A DNA stretch of 64,000 nt from contig CAWCNS010000011.1 in assembly GCA_963796965.1 (NCBI GenBank), positions 448,001 through 512,000 of the forward strand. The letters are read 5' to 3'. Shown here piece by piece: positions 1 to 9,182 of the stretch; the first letter of the stretch is position 1, and each line of letters opens with the position of its first letter. The notes under the pieces are model-generated. The model had not been told where the DNA came from. It saw only the letters and a program-made list of their open reading frames with translations, and did no database searches. The position numbers were made by a program, and so were the translations under genes. The DNA is from Calditrichia bacterium (GTDB lineage Bacteria; Calditrichota; Calditrichia; JAJRVZ01).

Positions 1-358
1 CTTTCAGGGTACGTGTCATAACCTCTTCCGTAATTCCAGGCATCGTTCCGACCCGTGCCCCTTTTGCACATGCATTCCTTCTGGCATTGGTATGGGTTAA
101 TGATTTCTTGGTTGGGCAAATGACCACATCATATTTTGTCATCATCTCAGAAATCTCATCGGGGGGATCCTGTCCATTCACTTCCCGCTCTGGCATCACT
201 AAAAGCACACTCTCTCTGCTCAATTTTTTCCCGACTTCAAAAAGTGTCAATCCTATATTCATTGTCTGATCATCTGTCAGGACCAATAAGGTTTCGCTCT
301 GTTTCAAATCCATACAGTCTCTTAATGCTATTTCTGCTGCTTTGGTTAAATCGCTCAT
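1..358 (-). CDS. Aminopeptidase (M29/aminopeptidase T-like leucyl aminopeptidase), N-terminal part, truncated by window edge
   Basis: Manual translation from ATG at 358 (RBS GAGGA upstream): MSDLTKAAEIALRDCMDLKQSETLLVLTD...DVVICPTKKSLTHTNARRNACAKGARVGTMPGITEEVM; not in ORF track. Confidence 0.75.
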   Translation of the reverse strand, partial: MSDLTKAAEIALRDCMDLKQSETLLVLTDDQTMNIGLTLFEVGKKLSRESVLLVMPEREVNGQDPPDEISEMMTKYDVVICPTKKSLTHTNARRNACAKGARVGTMPGITEEVMTRTLK

Positions 359-440
359 TTTATTCCTCACAATTTTTAAAAACATATTCTTTTAGATCGC
401 AGGGGACGCAGAGATAATAAGAAGTAAGAAAAAAGATCTC

Positions 441-561
441 TCTCGCAAAGACGCCAAGCCGCAAAGATGTTCGAGGTATTGCGCTCGGCGCATGGTGATT
501 TTTTTACATTGTGCACTATGTTCTCTGCACTATGCAGATTACTTTGCGTCTTTGCGTGAGA
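441..561. repeat. Family A inverted-repeat cassette (9-bp periodic CGCAAAG arms)
   Basis: Left arm tctcgcaaagacgccaagccgcaaag; right arm ctttgcgtctttgcgtgaga. Confidence 0.75.
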
Positions 562-602
562 AAATCTAGCATCTTTACGACTCTTTATTTTTTCGTCCTA
601 TG

Positions 603-2802
603 TCACCGCATTAATTTTTTATTAAGAAAATGGTGAAACCAAAAGGTTACCTCTTCCTGCATAGCATGCGACCGCCAGGCACCCCGTATACCATGTCGTT
701 GGTTTGGATATATCATCATTTGAAATTCTTTTGATGCTTTTTGTAAATCTTGTACAAATTCAATAGTATTCTGCATATGGACATTGTCATCCAACGCCCC
801 ATGGGTGATTAACAATTTTCCTTTATACCCATCAGTATAGGTCATAGCAGATCCGGATTTATATCCATCCGGATTATCTGAGGGCAAATCCATATATCGT
901 TCGGTATAGACGGAGTCATAAAAACGCCAGTCGGTCACAGAATATCTGGCGATGCCATGGGTAAAAAAATCAGCGCCATTAGTGAGGGCAAGACAGGCCA
1001 CATACCCGCCATCAGCTACCCCCTACAATACCCATTTTATTTGCATCAATAAATGGTAATTTTCGCAACCACTTTACCGCCTGAATTAAATCAGATATTT
1101 CCCACTTACCAAGAGATCGATGCATTTTTACCGCTCCCTTTTTCCCAAAATGCTTTGAGCCGCGATGATCAAGGTACATGATGATAATATTATGCTGTGC
1201 ATAAAAATGATCGGACAAAGAAGGGAAGCGATTGACAACCGAAGCCCTTCCTGGTCCCCCATAGACCTTAAAAATAACCGGATATTTTTTAGTTTTATCA
1301 AAATCAGGAGGTAAAACCCAACCCGCGGGAAGATTAACGCCATCTTCGGTATCGATTGAAAACAACTCCATTTTACCAAAACTATAGTCCGCTGTTATCA
1401 TATTTTGTCTTTTACCAAGATTTTTCACGAGCTGCCCATCACTATCATGTAGATTTGAGACACCAGCCTGATTTATACTATTAAATGTATCGATAAAATA
1501 ATTACCTTCTTCTGAGATTTTGGGATTATGTGTTCCCGGCACCGAAGTTAGTCTCTTAAGATTCTTTCCATCCATTTTTACCATAAATAAATGCTTGCTT
1601 GTTGAATTCTCCTGAAATCCGAGGAAATAAATGATTTTATTTTTTTCATCTATCTTTAATATTTTCTCAACATCCCAATCACCCTCAGTTATCTTTTTTA
1701 TTAAAGTCCCTTCCAAATCATAATGATATAAATGCCTCCAGCCATCCCGATCACTTCTGATTATCAGACCCGCATCATTTTTTAATATTTGAAGATCTTC
1801 AAAGAACTCAACCCAGGCAGATTGCTTTTCCTCATAGACAAGAGAGCTCTGACCCGTTTCCGGATCCGCCTTACGAATCTGAAGATTATCCTGCCCACGA
1901 TTCATCCATTGGAAGTATAGCCGCTTACTGTCCGGCGCCCAAAAGGGCCAGGCGGTATAAGCATCGGCTTCTGGTTTAGTATCAATCCAAACAGTTTTAT
2001 TTGTTGTCAAATTAATTACACCTAATTTAACAGAGGGGTTTGTATCACCAGGCTGGGGATATCGTTGCATTTCCAAATAGCTCTCCGGGCCTTCACAATG
2101 AAAAATTGGATACTCTGGAACATTAGAGTCATCAAAACGCATAAAGGCAATCATCTGACTGTTTGGTGACCACCAAAAAGCAGCATATCTTGACTTGCGT
2201 CCAAGGATTTCCTCATAGTAAACCCAGGAAGCCCAACCATTATAGATGACATCACTACCATCATATGTCAATTGCACTTCTTCATCGCTTTCAAGATCAA
2301 TTACATATAGATTTGATCCTCTGGTGAAGGCTACCTTTTTACCATTAGAAGATAACTTGGGATTCTTTTCCTCTTCATTTGAATCTGTTAATTGTTTTAT
2401 TTGCTCAGTCTCAGGTAAATAGAGATATAAATCTTTATCTGACGTGATGATAAATCGGCTGTAATCTTTGTTGTGATCTGCCCATGGTACAGCGTAGGTC
2501 CCTTTCGAAAATCGTTTATTCAGATCACCAAAATCAATATATACATCTGACTCACCAGATATGGCATGTGTTTTCATTAATTGATATTTTTTGAAATCAT
2601 CGGAAGATTTCCAGGAAAGGTAATAGGCATCATCCAGCCAGCCCAGTATATCGGGAAGATCGTTAAATATACTAGGGGCGGCTCCACTGAATGCCTGCTC
2701 ATAAGTCAATGATTTTTGCTGGGCCCAGCTATTACCAGAAATTAGGATACCAAATAGAAGGGTTACGAGTAGTCTGTTTATTGTGGATGACTTCCTTATC
2801 AC
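603..2802 (-). CDS. Dipeptidyl peptidase IV / S9B family serine peptidase, split by +1 frameshift at ~1013
   Basis: Signal peptide, DPPIV_N motifs (WVYYEEI, YPQPG), GGS-YGGY nucleophile elbow restored by removing one base, DDNVH Asp, QRHG His. Confidence 0.92.
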
Positions 2803-2901
2803 ACTAACTCCTTTTTTCTGAATAAATCTAATTTTGATTAGTTTTATCTTTGTAATAGATCACTTGATTTGGATTAAGAGCCTTATATAGGCTACACTCG
2901 T

Positions 2902-2929
2902 GTATCGACGCGATTTATCGCGTCGCAAC
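2902..2929. repeat. GTAG-type REP-like palindrome
   Basis: gtatcgacgcga-ttta-tcgcgtcgcaac hairpin. Confidence 0.55.
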
Positions 2930-3130
2930 CGTAAGACCTGCAAGGTGTAAAACACTCTTTTTGCCTTCGTCTCATATACCACACAACATCAAAGAAAATA
3001 CATGGATCTAAATATCTCACAATGGTTGATTATTATTCGTGGTAGTTCGCGGACGGCAATTATAAATCTAAATTTCGCACATCATGATATTTTAACTTTA
3101 TAACAATCTAACCGATACATTGAAATTTGA

Positions 3131-5633
3131 TTAGAACTCCCTCTGCATCGAAACCCGTGATTTAACCTCATTAACAAATTGTAAAAATTCAGGTTCATCC
3201 CTTACACTTTCAAAAAGAGGATCCATTTCAAGCCAGCTATAAAAGAGAAAGCCATTTTCCAAGGCTTTGGCCAACCAAATAAAACATGCTTCTGTATCAC
3301 CTTTAATGGCTTGGATAGCTGCCATATCGTAGGCGACACCCCACCATTGGCTACCCTGATTAAGGGTTTTATTATTCAAGTCTAGGCTATAATTTATCAT
3401 TTCTTCTGCTTCCTGGAAATGATTCGTTTTTTTTAAGATAAAACCCAGACTTGTGGTTGCATTTATGCCAGTAAAGGGATGCCAGGCTTTTGGAGAAATC
3501 ATCAATGCTTTTTGATAATAATTACCGGCCGCTTTAGGATCCCCTGAAATGAGAGCAATATCTCCTGCTGCAATACATGCTCCCGGATCATCGGGCAATG
3601 TTAAAACCAATTTTGTTGCATTTTTTGATGCTTCCCCCAGATTATGATTAATAATATCGACGAGGATTAATGCCACGGCCGGACTTGGTTTTAGATCAGG
3701 ATGAATAGCATAAGAGTTATTCAACCAGTGCCTGGCTGATTCATAATCTACCATAAACAAGTCCAAAAGCCCTAATCCCAATTGTGTGGAGCCAAAAACG
3801 GGATCTCCCTCTCTGGCCTTCTCAAACCATATTCGCGCTCGTGACAGATCCCCCAAATTCATGTAAATCCAACCAACATTATGCATGGCAACATAATAAT
3901 TCGGATTCTCATCCAAAGCGAGAAGGTTTTGATCCAAGGCTTTATCAAACCAAGATCGTGAATAGAAGATCAGACCTAAAGCTTTATGCGCCTCTGCAAG
4001 ATTCCTGTCTATTGATAAAGCCATCTCGCACATGACAACGGCTGAATCAAGCCAGAATGATTCCTCTCCAAATCTTAATGTATTTTGTACATAAGCATCG
4101 GCGAGGCCCGTATAAGCCAGAGCAAAATCAGGGTCAATTTTAAGAGACCTTTTATATAGATCGATAGCTGTTTGATTATCAACCATTCGTAATCTATGGT
4201 AAAAATTCCGTCCTTTTAAATAATAATCATAAGCCGTCAGATCTTTAGTATAAACCTTGTTTATTTTATTTTCTTCTTTGCTTGATAATGTGATCTGCAA
4301 AGCCTCGGCAATATGCCTGGCAACCTCACTCTGTATTTTAAATATGTCACTAAGTTGACGATCATAATTCTCAGCCCAGAGCTGTTCACCACTTTCCTGA
4401 TGAAATAATTTAGCCGTAATACGAACCGTGTTCCCTTCACGTCGTACCGTACCCGAAAGCCTATGTGTCACATCTAGTTCTTTGCCAATTTGCGAATGGG
4501 TTTTCTGCGAGTCCCTGTAATCCATAGTCTGACGGTATGAGATGACCCGTAAACCCGTAATCTTGGATAATTGAACAATAATGTCTTCAGTGATACCATT
4601 ACTAAAATAGTCATCATCTTCAAGATGATTTATATTTTCAAAAGGCAGAACAGTAATAGATTTTGAGATAACATGAGAGGGATGGTTAAACCAGAGGAAG
4701 CTCAGAATAAGTATTACGGTAATCACTACAATGGGAATGGAAAACCGACGAAAATTTAACTTCATATTTTGTTTATTAAAAGCGGGTATAGAATAGGTAG
4801 TGCCTGTATCTAAATTAGTTTGTGCATTTTTCAGATCATCAAGCATTTCAAGAACAGTCTGATATCTCTCATTTGGATTTTTTGAAAGAGCTTCTTTGAA
4901 TAATAGATTCCAGGCTATCCGGTAGACCTTTTCGAAGTTTTTGTACAGGTTCAGGATCCTGATTTATGATATTATAAATAACCGCTTGTTCATATTCTCC
5001 TTTAAAAGGTAGTCTACCGGTCATCGCTTCATATAACAAGACACCTAAAGACCAGATATCTGTACGATCATCTACAATATTTCCCTTCGCTTGCTCGGGA
5101 GACATGTAATTAGCCGTGCCAAAAGAACTCCACTCCTTTGTCAGACCTGTCTGACCTGACAATTTGGCCAGACCAAAATCCAGAATTTTGAGGGATCCGT
5201 CTTCAGTAATCATTATATTGCCGGGTTTGATATCGCGATGCACAATACCATTTTTGTGAGCCATCGCCAGACCCTCAGCGATGTTGGTAGCCATATGAAG
5301 GGATTCTTTTATAGAGAGTGGTTTTTGCTTTATTCTACTATCTAATGTTTGGCCGGTATAATACGCCATAACCATAAACATCTGATCATCAGAGCTTTGA
5401 TCGATCTCATATATTGTGCATATATTCGGGTGATCTAAGGCGGAAGCGGCTTCAGCCTCCTGAGCGAAGCGTGTTCGGGACTCCGGATCGCGGGTGAGTG
5501 ACGGGGAAAGGAATTTGATTGCAACCAATCGTTTTAGTATCAGATCTTTGGCTTTGTAGACGATGCCCATTCCACCTTCACCTAGTTTTTCTAGGATTTT
5601 ATAATGAGAAATCGTATGGCCTATCATCGACAT
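3131..5633 (-). CDS. Ser/Thr protein kinase with TM, TolB-N-like domain and TPR repeats, frameshift at ~4890
   Basis: GEGGMG, VAIK, HRDIKPGN, DFG, YMSPEQ; then TM, SITVLPFEN...YFSNGITEDI, TPRs; removing one G joins the two ORFs (QKALSKNPNERYQ). Confidence 0.9.
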
Positions 5634-5679
5634 AAGAATAAAATAATCCGGTTAATTCTTGAAAGTCTGAAACCTAAAG

Positions 5680-5710
5680 CAAAAATCCCCGGAAGTAGAA
5701 ACCGGGGATT
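5680..5710 (-). terminator. Rho-independent terminator downstream of STAS gene
   Basis: aatccccgg-N9-ccggggatt stem followed by T-run on the minus strand. Confidence 0.7.
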
Positions 5711-5735
5711 ATATTAATGAAGAGAAATACCTACA

Positions 5736-6080
5736 TTATTCGTTTTTATAACTATCGACAGCTTCTTCAACTGTCTCGAAAATCTTAAATATGCTAATCA
5801 ATTGGGTAATGACAAAAACATTTCTTGCTTTCTCCCCCATCCGGGCGAGACGAACATCTCCCTGTGCATTACGTATGGTCGTTAAACAGCGCATTAACGA
5901 TCCAACACCCATGCTATTCATCCAGCTCACCCCATTTAGATCTATTACAATTCTGTTAACTTTCTGCCCCAAAAAACTTTTCATTTCAGTATATAAATCA
6001 TCTGTTTCCGGATAACCCATTAATTTTCCCTTAAGGGTTAGAACACCAATTCCATCTTCAATTTTATCCTTAATTTTCAT
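5736..6080 (-). CDS. STAS-domain anti-sigma factor antagonist
   Basis: IVIDLNGVSWMNSMGVG phosphoacceptor motif; RBS GGAGG. Confidence 0.9.
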   Translation of the reverse strand: MKIKDKIEDGIGVLTLKGKLMGYPETDDLYTEMKSFLGQKVNRIVIDLNGVSWMNSMGVGSLMRCLTTIRNAQGDVRLARMGEKARNVFVITQLISIFKIFETVEEAVDSYKNE

Positions 6081-6324
6081 AATGAGGTACCTCCAGGTTT
6101 GGAATGATTAATGCAAAATATACCTTATTTTGTTGATTACATCAATATTTTTCAATTCCGGTTCATTATTGATATTACCATATAATTGCTCCCGAATGAA
6201 AGTCCCTAAAGTTCATTCACAACCTTTAAATATTTCAACTCAAAAGTGTCCGGTTAAGATTTAGATATCTATTAATAAACACTTTAATATCAATAGATTT
6301 GATTAGTTTCCTAACATTGGGACC

Positions 6325-6408
6325 TGATTTAAAGAACTCACCCTTCCCGAAGATTCCTTTCCCGAGACGCGATCCCGTTCCGGGACGGGATGAAAAGAGA
6401 GGGACTTT
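6325..6408. repeat. Dispersed hairpin element, inverted copy of 29555-29627
   Basis: Shares tgatttaaagaactcaccctt and tgaaaagagagggacttt with the reverse complement of 29555-29627. Confidence 0.75.
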
Positions 6409-6410
6409 CT

Positions 6411-6626
6411 TTAGCCGATAATTTGGCCAGGCCGAAATCTACAATTTTCACTTCCCCCTTTTGGTCAGCATAATATTAGCCGGCTTGATATCACGATGAA
6501 TGATTCCGGCTTCGTGAGCTCTGGATAGTCCGTGTGCAATTTGAAGAGCAACGGTAATTGTTTCGTCAAGGGGCATCCCCTTGGAAACATTTGCTTTAGA
6601 CTGGGAGGAAACAGAGGTAGAGGTGG
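6411..6626 (-). pseudogene. Ser/Thr kinase internal fragment
   Basis: Manual translation: [54 protein letters not shown], one -1 indel; no N-lobe or C-terminal part. Confidence 0.85.
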
Positions 6627-7406
6627 CTATCGATGCTCGGGAAATGATTTTCTTAGATTTTTACCTGTCACTACCTGATAATCCGAAACCTTCAGATCAT
6701 CACTTGTACTGACATTTTTATCAACATTTTTATCCAGAGCCATTTTCCATTGATAAAATTGAGAGAAAGTTGGTCGCAATTTATTAACTAATTCAGAAAA
6801 AAGACCGCTTTTTTCATAATTCTCGGCATCTTTCCTGCTATCCCATATGGTCAGGGAAACAACTTCATTGGCGTTATTCATACCTTCAATCAAATAGGCA
6901 TATTGGCAACCATTTGTATCCCGGAGAGCAGGTATAATTTCTTCCATATAGATATCGCGGAACTCAGTCACTTTATCTTTCTGCAGAATATGTGACACGA
7001 TACGTACATACATTTTGGAATGCTGTTTAAACATGTCCATTTTTGTTCTTTCATGCACAGTTACATTGAACTGCTCCAATTCCGGTTCGTCATCTTCCTG
7101 CCGGTATTCAAGTTCTAAATCTTCGGATAGTTGAATTTTCCATTCTGAGGATTCTGACAAAAATGGCTTAGCTTGTTCCAAAATCTTTTTATATGTACCA
7201 CTTTTCTCATAAGCATCAGCATGATCCCGGGAATCCCACAACGTTAAAGAGAGCCCCTCATTGGAATCCTTATTACTCTGTAATAGACCGGCGAATAAAC
7301 AGCCATCAATCTTTTGAAGTTCACCAATGACAATGGCGTCATAGAAAGATCTCATAACTTCCATATCACTAGATTTGGCAGAGATATTGAGAAGACGCAT
7401 AAACAT
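6627..7406 (-). CDS. Tandem two-domain ABM (antibiotic biosynthesis monooxygenase-like, dimeric alpha-beta barrel) protein
   Basis: Two internal repeats GC..A.L......E..SLT.WDSR..A..YEKSG. Confidence 0.75.
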   Translation of the reverse strand: MFMRLLNISAKSSDMEVMRSFYDAIVIGELQKIDGCLFAGLLQSNKDSNEGLSLTLWDSRDHADAYEKSGTYKKILEQAKPFLSESSEWKIQLSEDLELEYRQEDDEPELEQFNVTVHERTKMDMFKQHSKMYVRIVSHILQKDKVTEFRDIYMEEIIPALRDTNGCQYAYLIEGMNNANEVVSLTIWDSRKDAENYEKSGLFSELVNKLRPTFSQFYQWKMALDKNVDKNVSTSDDLKVSDYQVVTGKNLRKSFPEHR

Positions 7407-7536
7407 AAGACTTACCTTGATTTATTTTTTAGTATTGCTTTATCTTATTTGTATTACATCGGTCAAAAATCAAAGTCGTGTAAAAAACAGCACGCCAGTT
7501 ATGGAAGACGTGTTTCTATGACGATGAACAAAAAAA

Positions 7537-7884
7537 TCAGAGATCGGATCTAAAACTGGCAATGGCCTGATCAGTCTGATCAAATACTTCTATCACTCTC
7601 GTAAGTTTGGTGATCGAAAAAATATTTTTAATATTCTCGTCTAGCCCAGCCAAACACAAATCGCCGCCGGCATCCCGAACAATTGATACAGCACGCATAA
7701 TACCGCCAATACCAAGACTGGATATCCGGGCCAGATTCTTAAGATTTAAAACGATATGATTCAAATCACGCTCCAGCACTGACTTGATATGCTGGTGAAG
7801 TTTTTCTGTGTCATCTGTTGCAATCAATTTTCCTTTTAAAGTCAGGATTATCACACCATCATTTTCCTTTTCAACACATACCAA
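7537..7884 (-). CDS. STAS-domain anti-sigma factor antagonist
   Basis: IVLNLKNLARISSLGIG motif; paralog of 5736-6080. Confidence 0.88.
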   Translation of the reverse strand: MVCVEKENDGVIILTLKGKLIATDDTEKLHQHIKSVLERDLNHIVLNLKNLARISSLGIGGIMRAVSIVRDAGGDLCLAGLDENIKNIFSITKLTRVIEVFDQTDQAIASFRSDL

Positions 7885-8174
7885 TAGAATTCTCCTTATC
7901 TGTCGTCTAATTCCGCTGCAGAAATGATGATACCTGGCTATAGTTAATTTACCTATAACCGAAAATCATCTGCAGATAATTCACAAAATTAAAATTTATG
8001 TTATTTATTATATTTATTAGGTAAGTGGACTATTCGATAAAATGAATAACCGGACAATCGCATTTTAAAATATGAGCATGCTGCCACTCATTTACGATGT
8101 AATATATACAATCTAATATGATCAGATTAAAAATACAATGAAAAGCTGTTATCAATATCTATGATTTTATTTAC

Positions 8175-9182
8175 TTACTTGTTGTTCAGGAGAAAAAGTT
8201 GCCACAATTCTTTAGGATCAGCTCGAAAAATAACCGATAGAGCACGTTTGCCAGTTTTCCCAATGCTGCTCTCCAAAAATTTTAACTCCTCCAATTTATC
8301 TTTAATATCTTGTTCAAGTGTAATTTTAAAACCGTTTTGCTGCATCAGGAGAATTCCTTTGGCTCTGATACTGAGTTCCAAATAAGTTCTTAAGTAACAA
8401 ATCATATCAGCAATTTTTTCACCGGGGATAGATTTTTTTAATGAATCCAGATAATCCCCTACCTTTGTTTGAGAGATTGTACCAGAAGTAAGAAATTCCA
8501 GCAATCCGACTTCCGTATCGAGGCCCATTTCAAGCCAACGGTTTAAAGCTTTCTCACTTTGTGTAAAAATGGCCCAAAATAATAAAGGCAAAACAAGCAA
8601 CTGAATGATAGTTACGTACTCAGGACCAATAGTTCGATGATTAAAAATTGAGTGTATTACTATTGCTATAATTAATCCTGGTAAAAATATATATATTCTC
8701 ATATTCAAATGGCGATCTACAAGATATTTTGAGACAACGGCAAAGATGGCTGTTGCAGCACCATGCATAACCGCAGTTCCAAGACCTCTTATTATCCAAA
8801 CAAATGCATCTAAATCTGATGATTGAAAATGATAGATATTCTCTATAATTGCAAATCCAGTCCCTATTGCGAATCCAAAAATGGCTGCATCAACCAAAAA
8901 GCCGATATTAGTTGACCGAATAAGGTAGATAATGATGATTCCCTTTATCATTTCCTCAATCAAAGGGGCGCCATAGCGCGTGTAAAAATCGTATCCAAAA
9001 TCAAATTTAGCCAGCAGCCATTGATTCACCTGGAGACAGATGAGGGCTGCAAGCACTCCAAAAAGCAATGTTTTGATAATTGATTTATAGTTGACCAGCT
9101 TAAAACTGTCATACATGATCAGAATTGTGAGAAATATAACGACGGGTATTAACCCGATTAAAAGTTTAAATACTTCGATCAT
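8175..9182 (-). CDS. prsW: PrsW family glutamic intramembrane protease with C-terminal soluble extension
   Basis: Multi-TM; PLIEEMIK, FAIIEN, R...MHG and HSIFN motifs; ATGA overlap with upstream gene. Confidence 0.85.
   Translation of the reverse strand: MIEVFKLLIGLIPVVIFLTILIMYDSFKLVNYKSIIKTLLFGVLAALICLQVNQWLLAKFDFGYDFYTRYGAPLIEEMIKGIIIIYLIRSTNIGFLVDAAIFGFAIGTGFAIIENIYHFQSSDLDAFVWIIRGLGTAVMHGAATAIFAVVSKYLVDRHLNMRIYIFLPGLIIAIVIHSIFNHRTIGPEYVTIIQLLVLPLLFWAIFTQSEKALNRWLEMGLDTEVGLLEFLTSGTISQTKVGDYLDSLKKSIPGEKIADMICYLRTYLELSIRAKGILLMQQNGFKITLEQDIKDKLEELKFLESSIGKTGKRALSVIFRADPKELWQLFLLNNK

Noticed and set aside
6565..6590. caaggggcatccccttgg hairpin as a REP
   Set aside because: Lies within the kinase remnant reading frame (SKGMPLD)
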